A stretch of 63,713 bases of DNA, filler included, from Pelomyxa schiedti (taxonomy: Eukaryota; Protista; Evosea): assembly GCA_020536535.1 (NCBI GenBank). It is 8 parts of 8 records of this genome, joined end to end, with 100 filler letters (N's around TTAATTAATTAA, not from the genome) between each part and the next. Parts side by side here need not be neighbours in the genome. Positions count along the whole stretch, not along the records: positions 1 to 6,866 come from JAHLWZ010001392.1; positions 6,967 to 35,872 come from JAHLWZ010001014.1; 6 more parts are not named here. One strand, given 5' to 3'. Positions 1-12,850 of the stretch are shown one piece after another. The notes under the pieces were generated by a model, which worked only from the letters and a program-made list of their open reading frames with translations, searched no databases and was not told the DNA's origin. The first letter of the stretch is position 1. Every line of letters starts with the position of its first letter. The position numbers and the translations under genes are program-made.

Positions 1-225
1 GTGACAACGCGACGCGTTTAGCGACGTACCGCTTTGATTGTCGTAGAACCGGTACGACCAATGTAGTGATGTGTGTGTTTGTTTTTCTTCAGAATTTTGA
101 AATTGTAGTGCGTTGATATGTACAGAAAAACATCACAAACGCAGTCTCCTAATTGAAAACGTCTTCTCTGCACTTGTTCTTCCTCGAATTCCAGTCACCG
201 CACAGAAAGCGGTCGAGCCGTCATG

Positions 226-316
226 TGGCTGAATACAAAAAACACCAGACCACCGATCCTGAGCGATGATAAGGAAAATCACATCGTTCAGGTCTGTTGA
301 GTATTTTATTCAGCCA
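226..316 (+). mobile_element. ~90-bp palindromic dispersed element (MITE-like), decayed copy
   Basis: Terminal inverted repeats TGGCTGAATA...TATTCAGCCA, inner stem CAGACC/GGTCTG and core CTGAGCGA..GATAA.GAAAA. Homologous to 40429-40519, 40788-40888 and 55422-55509. Confidence 0.7.
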
Positions 317-684
317 TGTCAGTGAGAATGCCTTATGAATGCCACCAGCATTGCCAGCTGCTTCTGACACCACTCAAATCCTGTTGTAGGTACACATCAA
401 GTTGGATACAAGGGCATGCTGGAGCTGGATTACCACCACACACACATCCAGAACAAGGTTTTTTTTTCCCATAATTCTGGGGGGTAAAAAAAACAAGGGT
501 TTATCAGGGAACCAATCCAGTGGAAAATTGGGAACCACCCCCCAAATAAATGGTTGCAAGACATTGTGTTGAAGAGATGTAAGACCTCTTCTGGCATTCA
601 AACAACGTTCCAAATGAACTTGTACCTAATTTGGCTAAAAAAACCTATAAGTCCAAACACCATTTTTGTTGTAAGGGAATGCTT

Positions 685-950
685 GCCAGCAAGGCCATCA
701 AGGAAGGTAAGGTGCAGTTGGTCATCATCACCACGAAATTTTACTTGAGCAGGAAAAGTGGTTGTAACAGGTGCAACGAAATTTTACTTGAGCAGCAAAA
801 GTGGTTGTAACAGGTGCAACGAAATTTTACTTGAGCAGCAAAAGTGGTCGCTTTGGGTGCAGTGAAATTTTACTTGAGCAGCAAAAGTGGTCACTTTGGG
901 CACAGTGAAATTTTCCTTGAGCAGCAAAAGTGGTCACTTTGTACCGCAAA
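685..950. repeat. 50-bp leader plus 5 x 43-bp tandem repeat (minisatellite)
   Basis: Unit GAAATTTTACTTGAGCAGCAAAAGTGG... starts at 735, 778, 821, 864 and 907. Confidence 0.9.
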
Positions 951-1009
951 GAAATTAACATGCCTGCCATCAGCCCATTCGCCAAAAAGGTTCACCAAAA
1001 AGTTAGGAT

Positions 1010-1090
1010 GAGCTCTACTGCTTTTGAACCTGCAACCTCACTGGGGCATAGAAGTAGTGCTATGGACAGCTGAGCCAAGCACCCTAGCTC
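1010..1090 (-). pseudogene. degenerate tRNA-like / SINE-head sequence
   Basis: Minus strand shows A-box-like TGGCTCAGCTG and B-box-like GGTTCAAAAGC at roughly tRNA spacing, but no intact cloverleaf. Confidence 0.35.
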
Positions 1091-1324
1091 AAAATAAGTG
1101 GCTGATGTTATTTATTATTTTAAGGCTGCAAAGCTGCTTGAGAGAGGAAGGAAGGTAGGAGAGGAGGGAGGAACAACAGCATGATTGAGTGACTGACTGA
1201 CTGAGACTCAAAGTTGGTGAGCGTTGTGTGGAAGAGAGCCTCAGGGACAAACACTGACTGAGAGTGTTAGTTATCAACAGGAACTTAATGGCCATTTGAT
1301 GGTTGCTTGGCTTTCAAAACAGCC

Positions 1325-1490
1325 TGCCAGCAAGGCCATCAAGGAAGGTAAGGTGCAGTTGGTCATCATCGCCACGAAATTTTACTTGAGCAGGAAAAGT
1401 GGTCGTAACAGGTGCAACGAAATTTTACTTGAGCAGCAAAAGTGGTCGCTTTGGGCACAGTGAAATTTTCCTTGAGCAGCAAAAGTGGTA
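1325..1490. repeat. second copy of the leader plus 3 x 43-bp tandem repeat
   Basis: Same leader (GCCAGCAAGGCCATCAAGGAAGGTAAGGTGCAG...) and units at 1376, 1419 and 1462. Confidence 0.9.
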
Positions 1491-2546
1491 GTAACACATG
1501 ATGAAGATCAACAAAAAGGCACATGAGTAGGCTGAGAAATGCAGGAGAAACAAGGATGAGGGAGGCGCAGTTGATGAAGTTCTACTGCCCAACCAAGTGT
1601 TATGACATTGATGTAACTGCCACCTCCCTGCCGATTCAGTGGATGTGCTCATTGTGAACATACATGGCAAGTCACTGTATTTCAAAGAAGCTGAAACCTG
1701 ATTCACAAGGACCCCACTGGAGCTTGCGCACCAAGTGGGACCAACAGCCCAAGGTACATACAAAGTTCCATGGGAGCAAGGTTTCCTATCTTGTGTCTCT
1801 GACTGCTGAATTCCCCAACACTGAACTGATTCTTGCCTCACTCTGCACAGCAATACACCCACGTGAAGTGCAACCATAGCTTCATGTCCTGGGGCACAGA
1901 ATGTGGCTGGGTGACTCGGCCATGAGGGAGAGGAAGCATTCCTGCAACTTGCCTATGTGATGCTTTGTGCATACTTGATCTTGTACAAGATGAATGGCAT
2001 CCAAAAAGGATGGGCAACACTCAGCAGTGACTGGGTCTGGAACCACGACAGCCTGTTGCAGCTGCAACCTCTGCTGCATTCTTCCCAGCAGCGTGCTGGT
2101 GCTGCTGCCACTGACTGATGTGCTCCTTGTACAGAATGTTATTCAGAATCCTCCTCCCGTTGTACTGCAGTTTTTCAGGACAACCAACATGTTGAATCTC
2201 CCTCCACTTCTGATGCTCCTGTCACCAAGCACCTTCTGCAGCCCCGTGGTGTTTCCCTTGTTGCTCCCTTGTTGGGACAAAATAGGAGAACCCTGGGAAC
2301 AGCACAGCACCTTTGTCTGTGGCCCTCAGCCCGAGTTGTTGCCACCTCTTTCCCTGAATGCCATAAATCATCAGAAAGGCCCCAGAGGCCTCGAGGCACA
2401 CAAACCACTTTCCGTTTGTCTGGCAGTGCTTCACATGGATAACGCCATCCCGCAACAAAACACCTCTGCTGGTCTCATTGCTCCTCAAATAGTACGAATT
2501 TGACTTCTCCTGAGAGAAGAAGCACATTTCCACCACGTTGCAGTGA

Positions 2547-2984
2547 TTGACAGACTTGGTGCACCACCGAGGCCTGTCGTCCCACCAACATTTAATGTCC
2601 CTTGTCAGTGACCCTATCAGCAAATTATTGTTCAGTCACCAAAGGCCACATTTATACATGCTGGATGCGTTGTTGGAGAGAGCAAAGAAGTGCAGTGGTG
2701 TGTGTCACAGGTTCATGGACGAGGTGCTGGACAGGGCATGTGATGTGAAGGCTGTTGATGTGGATGGTGGCAAGTCGAGGGCTCTGTTCTGTGCTGGTCA
2801 CTTCATAAAGGGTTCTCTGCTGATCAGGGGCATTGGGATCGAGGAGGATTTCAAAGGGTGTGTGGCTCACATGAGGGCAGCCAAGGACACGAGGGAGGCA
2901 ATGAGGTGGTACCGCCTGGCTGCTTCCAGGGGGAATACTCCCTCTGTTAGAAGCATTATCAAGCCACAAGACGATACCATGTGA
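2547..2984 (+). pseudogene. Sel1-like repeat protein fragment, probably decayed
   Basis: REAMRWYRLAASRGN and GIGIEED resemble Sel1 repeats. The context is CpG-depleted and fragmented. Confidence 0.5.
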
Positions 2985-2999
2985 TATATGTCTCCCTCT

Positions 3000-5145
3000 T
3001 TGGCTGCCGAAATGATCAAGGCGGAGACTCACCTTTGGCGCATCACAGTCTTCTTGAAGATCAGCTCAACCACAACGAAAATGATTGGTCCGAAAAACAG
3101 GGGGATGAACGAATAAAATTTCTCTACCTGTTCTTTTTTTCTACCTTACAGGTTTTTAAACCAAGGAAACCTCATGTCCAAATTGGAGGGCTGGCCAGTG
3201 AGCAACACAGCAGTGAAGTTCTCACCGGTCACAACGTCGAGGCAGGACCCAGGCGGCACCCACGGCACAACCCCCGGAGCTTCCACTGACTTGCACATTC
3301 TGAAGCCACACTCGAAGCTGGGGCAGTATCCCCACGTGAACACGTCCCCGCAGCGCGTCAGCGCGGCATAGTGTTGTTTCGGCGACGAGTAGTCCGCAGC
3401 AGCACACACCTTGCACAGTGATGATGAATCGTTGTGAAGCAGTTGAGCATCTCCGGAAGATGGTGGTGCGGTTGCCGTTGCCGTTGCTGCGAATGGGGGG
3501 TACCTCTTCTCGCTGTCGAGTTTGCTGTGGGTAACCTCCACCACACCGTGTGATGTCAACCACAGGGAGCTGGTGTGGCCATCGGCAGCGCGCAGCACTC
3601 TCTCGCCGTCGAGGAGGCTGTGGCTGAAGAGGTTCCCGCCTTCGGATAGTTTTTGGGCACCGCCGGACTTCATTATCAGGGTCGCTGTGCCCCATGCTCC
3701 GATTCCCAGGCTCTTAACGCCGGTGGTGACTCGCCGCATGCGGCCCTGCGGTGGATTGAGTGTTGGCGGGAAAAAAGGGGGAGTTACATCGTTATGTTCT
3801 CCTGATTGCCATACAGTGCCATCCTCTGTGAGAACAACAGTATGAAACGATCTCATCTCCAGCTGTTTCACATTGGAAAATCTCAGCTGCGTGAAGAAAG
3901 GGTATTAATAAAAGCTGAATAAGAGAACAAACAACCTGCATTATTGACAAAGGTTGACGTGCCGAGCAGAATGCCTTTTTGTTTGAATCAACTAACCCTA
4001 TCGTCAATAGAAATCAGTATTGTAACTGTTCGGAGTTTGGCTGGATACCAACCAAATGAGTGATGAGAACACGAAATTTGTCTCGGAGGCCATTTGAACG
4101 TTGATGGAAGGAGAGAGCTGATATCCTTTGGTGCATCCCCTTTGAAATCTTCACACTCATTAAATTAATTATATTATGCTTTATCTCCAAACTCACCTGT
4201 GTTCAAATCACCCCAAAAGAAAAGTTGTCTTTCTGTTGTTGCAACAACCATGTGATACTGTCCGGCTCCCATCATGATTACCTGAATTATTCCCCCCCAC
4301 CCCAATCCATCCAAGGAGGTTAAAAACAAATGCAACTTGTTACCGCTTGAATACCTTGGTGTTTCCAAGTGGTGACACAGGAGAAGAGGTGTCCTCCTCT
4401 GATGGTTTTCCGAGTCTGAACCTTGAACCTCGTCCAAAAGTGAATAAAAATCTGATTTCCAAAGGGGAGTTAGGACGATAAATTCGGGAGGAAGGCAATT
4501 GTGTGGCAGCACACACCCGGGCATTCTCGGGACCCACACAGGTCTTTCCACCAAATCCCGCAGCGCATCCCTCGGTGTCACAGCCACCACCCCATTCCCA
4601 TTCCCATTTTCCCTGCCTCCTTCTTGTTCTCGTTGATGCGATGGGTCACCATCGCCTCGGTTTGTGGCCGCGGTGGCCGGCGGCAACAGCGAGGGAGCTG
4701 CTTCTACCCCGGACCATTCATCATCATCGCCATCCGCGTCCGCGTGCGTGCCCCCCTCATCCTCCTCGCTGTCATCGAGTGCTTCGTCGTGTCCACCACA
4801 TGGGGCACCACGGGCTGTGGCTGCCGTACCATCGCCGCCGCCACCACCCCCGTTATTGTTGCTGTTGTTGTTGTTGTTGTTGTTTTGTTGCTCGAGCAAC
4901 ACGGACCAGAGCGACGACGTTGGGCTCGCGGCGAGGTCGGCGACGCGACGGCACGTGCACAAGAGCGACACGAAGTCAGATCCAGAGCCTGGCCTGAAAG
5001 CAGCTGCGAGAATCGCGATGAGTGCCGGGTCCGGCAGTGTCGAAAACGACGCCGTTGTTGCTGTAGTAGTTGGGATTTTTTTCCTGAGGGTCTGCTCTAT
5101 TTTCCGAGTTATTAAGGTCCCAAGTGAAGAAGAAAACATAAACAT
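3000..5145 (-). CDS. F-box-like plus RCC1-repeat protein (multi-exon)
   Basis: N-terminal FSTLPDPALIAIL..LLCTCRR..LW is F-box-like. RCC1/BLIP-II motifs follow: AGQYHMVVATTERQLFFWG, FHTVVLTEDGTVWQSG, HYAALTRCGDVFTWG, VVTGENFTAVL. The 3' end is approximate. Confidence 0.7.
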
Positions 5146-6148
5146 GTCTGCCTAGACTCAGGGTCGATTTATCAAATTATCGGAAATTCCTTGGTTGAAG
5201 ATTTAAAAAATTTAGTTAGTGTTGCGTCCTGCGTGCGTTGCCTGCGGTGGTGTAGGCAAGTGCTGTGGTGTTGTTTTACTGTCGGTTTTTGTTGTACCCA
5301 CCGGGCATTGGGTTTTTGGTTGCCGCAACCAACAGCCTTTTTTTTTTGTGGTCGGGCTCGGTTTTTCGGGATGTGGTGTTGGTTGTACACCATCTTTATT
5401 TAAAATTTTTCGGGAGCTACATAGAGGTAGGTCGGCCGCAGAAGCGGGGCGCAAGGGGGAAACTTTTTTTTTTTTTTGGGCAACGGCCAAAAAGAACGGA
5501 GTGGTGCACCAAAACGTGTTCCCCTCCCAACACGGAGCGTGCGGGGTGGTGTTAAAACGCTTCGTTGAACATCACTGACTTAGAAATTTTGTTTTTCGTG
5601 CTGTACTTTTCCTGCGAAACTCATTTGGTGATTACCTCCCCTGAACTCAGGCCAAATGAGCTGATTTCTCCTCCTATTTGTGGGCTATGTGTTTTACAAC
5701 GAGTTGACCCTTTGCCGCGGGCTAAGAGGCTTGAAGGTTGTTCGACTGAAAATCAAAGTATTTTTTTTTCCTTTGGGCCCAAACATCGGAACCACAGGGC
5801 CTCCGTGCCCAGATGTGCGTCCATACGATGTGTCACACCGTGGGTAGGACTGTTGGCGCGAGCAGGGACGTTGAGGGTCACTTGGGGCCGAGAAAACCAA
5901 TGAGGGAGGTACAGGTGTTTTGTAACTTTAATACCACCCAAATAACACATAATCCACAGTCACCACAGGGTGGATTACTCTCACTCTGCACTGTACTACA
6001 CTGTCTAGTGACGATATCCCTCCTTTTCGAGGTCCGTCCCAGTTCGCTCTATCCCCTCAGTGGTCTATTTTTAGGTTTGTCAGAATTCGGCCGATCAATT
6101 GAGTCTCTCATCCAGAATTTTCTTGTCGAGTTGGTTTGACCCCCACAC

Positions 6149-6866
6149 TTGGGTAGTGTTTTTTCACATTTTGAGACCACCCTTTGGGAACAGCTTGTGA
6201 CCCACTCTGGGTGTGATCTGGAATCACAGTGTGGTTGGCAAGTGCTTACTTTCTCTGAATCACAAAAAATGCTCCGTGTTGTTGAGCTGTCCAAGATCGT
6301 CTGGGAGTGGGTGATGCCGTGGCTGGTCCCACAATCACCACCCACTGCAACGCCTATGTCTTGCACAATGGACACCAAACACGCGGTGACGATGTTCGGG
6401 GTGGGGGAGGGCGTGTTCCCCCTCGTCGGCCTCGTGTCGTCGTCCCTCTTGCGCCACTACGCCTCCCACCACCTCGCAATCGACGCGGCCGCAGAGGCCG
6501 GCGCGACCTCGTGCGTCAACTGGCTCGTCACCAACCGCCGCGCAGCACCGAAACATCGACATCGTGGTGGGTTGGCAAACAGCAGCAACAACAAGGGGGT
6601 TCTTTGGGTCCTTGGGGGGTTGTGTGGTGGTGGGCACCTCGAAATGGCCAAGGAGTTGGCTGCTGGGAGGTGGCCTGGCGGTGGGCTCACGTGGAGGAGC
6701 TGTTGCGTCGGCGGCGGCGGCAACGGAATTGTGGGTGGTGGTTGTCACGGTGGTGAGGTTGAGTGTGGTGGGATTGGGGACCACGTGAGGGATTCTGGAA
6801 TTCTGAAGAGGGCGTGCAAGAATGGGCACATGGATGTTGCAAAGTGGATGGTTGAGAGGTTCAACA
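6149..6866 (+). CDS. ankyrin-repeat protein (partial, runs into contig end)
   Basis: LCGGGHLEMAKEL and ACKNGHMDVAKWMVERF are ankyrin-like repeats. Confidence 0.7.
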
Positions 6867-6966
6867 NNNNNNNNNNNNNNNNNNNNNNNNNNNNNNNNNN
6901 NNNNNNNNNNTTAATTAATTAANNNNNNNNNNNNNNNNNNNNNNNNNNNNNNNNNNNNNNNNNNNN
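6867..6966. other. artificial contig spacer (N-TTAATTAATTAA-N)
   Basis: Six-frame-stop linker flanked by Ns. The same linker occurs at 35873-35972, 39989-40088, 41370-41469, 43023-43122, 47740-47839 and 51039-51138. Confidence 0.98.
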
Positions 6967-7127
6967 CGAGAAGAAAAAAACGAAACCCGAAAACGCAACA
7001 CACCCACATAAAACAATTGATAGGAGGGAATTAACCTGGGCTTGCACCGTCTGTTGGTGTTGTTGCTGGTGATGTTGCTCGCGTGGATTTGTTTTGTTTA
7101 ATATGTTTTTTTGCTCTTATTTGCGCC

Positions 7128-8560
7128 TTAAATGTTTTGCCGAAGAAAAGTTTCGAAATTTTTGCAACTGGGCCAGTAGCACAAAAGGGAAAAAAAAATG
7201 AAAAAGTACAAACAGGTACACTCAGGGGTTCTCAGTGGGATTGGTGGGAAAGGGTAATCACTCTCGGTGATGGTTTTGCAGGAAAAATGGAGATGGTGAT
7301 GGTCCTCTGGGGATGTTGGCCAATGGGGCCGAACAATAATTATGGGTTCCCTGAATACCTCTTCTGATAGTGGACGTAATGTAATGACTGTGCCACTGTT
7401 AGGCACAGGAAACGCCAATGGGAGAAGGGTCCTCCCTCATCCTGTGTCTATCACCCAACAGGCACTCTGAGGATTCCCAACTGTTTGGGAAGCCCCTGTG
7501 ATGTCACACTGCCGGGATGAACAACTGACACGTGACAGCACCAGCTTCTACCTGCTTCCTTGAATCAAAAAGCTGACTGAGTCATAGGATCACAAATCGT
7601 CCCATTTCGATATAGAGAGTCTCATAAGTTCACCAAGTTCTATCAAGATCGGGAAATGTTCATTGATTCCGTTTATACGGCGTGTGTAAAGGAAACATAT
7701 TGAGTGTACGTACTTAGACAGTACCCAGAGGGGATGCGTAAGAGTCTATCAGGAAGTCCCTTGTAATAAAGCTGGATACTGTGGGTAAATACACAGGGAG
7801 CAAACATACATTTCAAGAAGATTCATGTAATTCTTGCTCACGACAAGATGTTCATTCTATTCCAGTTTGCAGGGAATTGAATTGTATCCTTGTGGGTGTG
7901 AATTGGATTACTTCAATCGTGTCACTTTTTCAGCTACTAGCAGCATAGCCTTCCTTATTGTTTGCATTACACGTTTGATGGTGACTTCATATCCTTGAAA
8001 GCGCCTATGATAAATACTCTCACGCAGCGGTTCCCAACGAAGGAGTGTCTGTATGAGCACTCGTTCCTTTCCACGGAGTGGTCCAGTGCGTGAGTGGTAC
8101 TGTAGGAGTGGAATATTCACGAATGGGGCCTTTCACTGGTGGTTGATAATTAGTGACGTTTCGTGTGACACGAGCCGATGTACCAACTTAGTTTGTAGCA
8201 TTTATCTTTCTTTTTCCTTCACAAAGGGAAACTATTATTTCCCCTTTCGAAGAAGTTTCAACATAACGAAACTATCACGAGTGCGTGTCGGCCACCCGTC
8301 GTCTTATCGACTGCCTTTGCGATGATTTCCGGCAAGTTCCACAGAACAGACTTTGTGCCCTTTCCAAAATTTCACAGATTTGAGGAGGTCTACGGGCTGA
8401 TCAGGAACAGGGCATAGTTATCAACTTTTGTTTGTGGAATGGTGCTGTTCTGAGCAACAGAAGGCTATCAATTTTGGGACACTGACAAGCACTGTCACGG
8501 CAGGAGGGGTCAATAAACGACAACATCTTAATAAACCAGGCTTCAATCATTCATCTTTTT
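7128..8560 (-). CDS. hypothetical multi-exon protein
   Basis: Several short minus-strand ORF segments (7128-7418, 7908-8120) with intron-like boundaries. No recognisable domain. Confidence 0.35.
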
Positions 8561-8597
8561 TTGTGACTGCCCGCGATAATGGCCTGGGAGGTAATCA

Positions 8598-9513
8598 ATG
8601 AGCCGGGATCAATGCAACTTGGATCTGACCCTCGCCACACTTCTTGGCCAGTTTCGTACATTCACAACTATTCAACTTCATCACCGATGCGGCCGTACAC
8701 AAAAAAACATCTTGTGTGTGCCATCCGTTGGGTTTGAAAATGGGTGTTACGTCTTCTTTGAACCACCACAATCGTTCGTTCACTGTGCGCACTCGGCCAG
8801 AGAACCTGCATGTGGTGAGTAGTCGACGGAAGAGGGAGAGTGAAATCCCACTAAACAGCACAGGTTGTTTGTGGATGCGCAGGCGTGGGGAAGAGAACAT
8901 TGGTGGGGAAATTCCTGTCAATTCCCCCGGATTCCGTCTCTGCTGGGACTGTTCCCCCTGCTGTGGATTGTCTTTCTGACGATAAACCTGCCGTACCGTC
9001 CGTCCAGTTGACAGTACATCAAAAGAGCATTGAGACGGATGGCTCACGGTGTAACCTGAGCATTACTACTGGTGACGTTGAACAGGGATCTCAATTTTAT
9101 GTACACAACGCCTCTGTTCCGCCCTGATGCAGTGCCTAACACTTTTCCTTAACTCTAGAAATCCGATTCTTTCATTATTGTATATGATATCACGTCCAGG
9201 AACTCATTTAATGCTCTGGATGCCGTTCGTACTCAAATCCTAGGTGTCATAGGAATAGAGTCGCCACAAATAAATATGGTTCTTGTTGGCAACAAGGTAG
9301 AGATCCTTTTCGAAAATGCCACTGATTGTACCCAACAATCAGAGTGACTTGGAAGCACAAAGGGCAGTATCTAGAGCCACTGCTGAAGAAAAGGCCAGGC
9401 ACTGGGGCTGTCAATTCTTGGAGGTATCAGCCACAACCAACCCAGAAATAGACAATGTGTTCCGTGCTATAATTGAGGCCAGCTCCCGAGAGGAAACCTT
9501 CATGTCGAAATAA
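8598..9513 (+). CDS. divergent Ras/Rap-family small GTPase with N-terminal extension (multi-exon)
   Basis: P-loop VVCGCAGVGKRT, then FIIVYDITSRNSF, G4 MVLVGNK|SDL split by an intron, and G5 FLEVSAT. No CAAX motif. Confidence 0.85.
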
Positions 9514-9658
9514 ACCCCAAGAAGTACAGGGGATACGCCATTTGACCCTCCCAAGCAACGTCTGTAAATCAAAGGGACAAAACAATTTTCCTTTATTCTC
9601 ATCAAATAGGAAGGCAACACAAACAAGAACCACACACCAGTCTGGACAGTAACAACCA

Positions 9659-12560
9659 ATGGATTTAGTTGGTGTTGTGTTAGTGGCGCGCAGCTCGAGC
9701 GAGGGCACGCGTGTGGTGTTCAGGTATCCATCACCAACCCCGATGGTGGACACTCCTGCTCAGCAGCACATCTACTCTTCTGCTGACACAAAGCTCATCA
9801 TGAGGTGTGTGTGTTGTATTGTTCATATTGGTGGGTTGGTGATGGTGATGGTGATGGCGATGGCGATGTGCCTGCCATTCATTGTGTGTGTGTGTGATTG
9901 TGGTTTGGCATGATGGGAGTTTTTTTTTTATTTATTGTTTGGCAGGGATGTTGCAGTCCACGAAGAAGTTCGAGGAGCTGTGGCACCGGCTCCAAGTCCC
10001 CGTACCAGTGGATCCAGTATAAATGTGACTGCACCTCAGCCTGCCACCAACGTCATTGTGGGTTTTTAGTTTTTTTCCCTTCTTTGTGTAACACCTATGT
10101 TGTTTTGCAGCAAAGAGAGGAGTCTCCTCAACTTGTTGAAGCACCTGAGCAGCCAGAAGATACACAAAGAATTACTGTTGTGGTTCCTGTTCCAGTATCC
10201 CCCAAGCTATGTTCGATCCCCCCAGACACCAAAATTCCTTCTTTGAGTAGTGGACTTTCACAATCAAGTCTGATGCCACCACCTCTCACAACTCCAGCCC
10301 CCGCACTTCCACCTCTGCCTGCACCTGTAGTGTCCCCTCCTCTGCCTCCCCCTGCAGCCCCGGTATTGGATATGGGTAGAAACAAACCACCAACGCCACT
10401 GCCAGCTGTGTCCCAGTCACCATCACTGACAGCAACATCCATTCCTCCTGCCCCAACACCAAGTCTTGTTATATCCACTCCCACCCCAAGTATAACACCA
10501 GCCCACATCCCCGCCGTCACTTCCCCTATTCCAGATATCAAATTTTCATCTTCGAACATGCTTGCAGCAACGTCTACACTAGCACTCGCTTTAACTCCAA
10601 AGCCAGTGATGTGTGATCACTCCTTTACACTATCTGTTGGGGATATTGTTTTTCTTGGGCACCCTACAACAGTTCAGGCTAGCAGCACCTACAACAAATA
10701 TATTTCCCAAAGCTACGACTCGGCAAATTCAACTTTGTTTAGCACTGTTAAAAGTGAGGACTCTTCAGCCACTGTCACTACTATGGACCACGACATTGAC
10801 TTCTTTCACATTGCATTTGTGGTATCGAAAGGACCCGACATACATAACGTAAGGCCTAGACTCCATGAAGCATCTTCCCGATTGTCAGCGGCTCTAAAAC
10901 ATGAAGAGGTTGTATCTGTGGTTGGTTTCTTTTTATTTTTTACCTGCTTGCTTGTCTCTATTCCACTTCTTTGTAACAAGTTGCCCCATAATTTTACATC
11001 ACCCACACCCTTACACCAACAAGCTTCGCTGCAGATACGTAAGTTTGCAAGTTTCCAAACTGCTGCATGTGAGACAGCGCTTCCACAATGAAATTCAAAT
11101 GCTGGCCCAACAGCAACCACGGCCAAGTCTTAATATCTATCAACTTCTTGAGAGATATGAGCACCTTCCCACTTGTGCCATGGATTTCCAATTTTTCAAT
11201 CAATCACTTCATGACCTGACGTCTGCAAGTAGTGCTGTAACTCAGCTTCAAGTACACTCGTTCAGATGTAAATGCATTGTAAAACCAGGCATAGGCAAAG
11301 CATATCACGGAAGATTTTATGACTGATTTATTGCAGACCTCGTCACTTGCTTCTGAGATTAAAGTAAGCTCGAACCCACATATACCTTTCCCTCACAGTA
11401 TTAGTCCATCTTCGAAGATTTTTGCTTGTCCGGTGTTGCCCATCTGGTAGTTAACAACTGGATCAACGTTTCTCTGTCTCTGTGGGATCCCACCCCAGCA
11501 GCACTCCGCCCGTATCACACTCTATTGGTTACAGACCGAACGCTCATCAACAGACGATTGAGTGCTGAAGTGAGAGTATTAGTCTCGCATTCTAGCCCTT
11601 TCAAATCCTTTGGGTAACAAATAGGCAAATACAAGAACATCATATCTAACTCCTTTGATAGTGAGCTTCAGTTAGAGACTGGCATTTCCTTGAATCACCT
11701 GTACCACATAGCAAATCACCTTGTATATTGGCGCTGTGCACTGGTGATGGATGTCATCCGGCTAAGCAATATTTACACTCTTAATACATCCATGGCATGC
11801 CCTATTATAAGATCTACAACTTCTGTCAAGGAGAGATTTCAATCTTCCTACCTTGAGGGTTCGCCGATCCATGAAATTTCCACAACACTTCATGAAAGAT
11901 TTGTCAGTGACTGCACAGGTTTCAGTTTGCGTGGATTGCTAAACAGGTTGAAAAGTCATAATTTAAATGTCCTTATAACTTCTCTTTAGATTTAGTACCG
12001 AAAAACCACTCCGAGAGCACATCAAAGAAATACTACAAGAGTCTGCTGCATCCAAGGCAACATCAACACACTCCCAAGCACAGTCATGGCAATCCTCTTC
12101 CAAGTTTACAGCATCTCCGGCAACCTCGCCATCTATACTAGCAACACCTCCACCACACCACTCCATCCTCCGCGCCAGTTCCCCAGTCCATCTTGCAACA
12201 CCATCTCCGGCACCAGTCAATTCACAGAACCCAAGTTTACTCATCTCTCTCCCAAACCCCACACCCACTGCAGCAAGCAGTACCTCTATCACTACAGACT
12301 CACAGTCAGTACTCCCAGGACATTCCGTCAATTCCCGCGGCTTTTTACAAGCTGTAGTATGGTTGATAACACACAACCTCATATCTCAGATTCACCCCTA
12401 CCCCTACCTCATGGATTTGCCCCCACCCTCACTTTTCAGTGATGGCCCCTACGTGGCATCCCTATGGAACCGGTACATTCAATGAACTTCTCTCCCAGTT
12501 ACCTAACAACCCACAAACAACAGAATACAACCCTATCTCACTGGCGAGCATACCACTGAT
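9659..12560 (+). CDS. NPRL3: GATOR1 complex subunit NPRL3/Npr3 (multi-exon)
   Basis: MDLVGVVLVARSSSEGTRVVFRYP, FTLSVGDIVFLGHP, LSAALKHEE..RCRYV, HLVVNNWINVSL, LRPYHTLL, HLYHIANHLVYWR, FLQAVVWL. The 3' end is approximate. Confidence 0.88.
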
Positions 12561-12850
12561 GAGATAAGGTGGCGCGAGAATGTGTCCAAAGAGGACTTGA
12601 ATGAAATAATCAAAAGGTGCAAAGAACAGGGTTCCCTGATTCTGGTTTGGAGGTAGTCAATTGACCCAACTTGTCTATAAAAATAGAAATCAAAAACTTT
12701 CAAAGTTGACATGTAAAAATCCGAGAATTAACAATCCATCAAAAAAGTCGCACCGAAGTTCGTTATTGTTCGTCCGGCACATAAGGTAAAGAAAAAAAAA
12801 GGGGCACTGGACAGGCATACTATAGTCCAACAGAATATATTCCAACAAAT

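Noticed and set aside
735-950. 43-bp periodic repeats as a CRISPR array
   Set aside because: The 'spacers' are repeated near-identically, no cas genes are present, and the context is eukaryotic. It is a minisatellite.
6911-6922. Recurrent TTAATTAATTAA palindrome
   Set aside because: Artificial contig-joining linker. ORFs and gene adjacencies across these linkers are meaningless.
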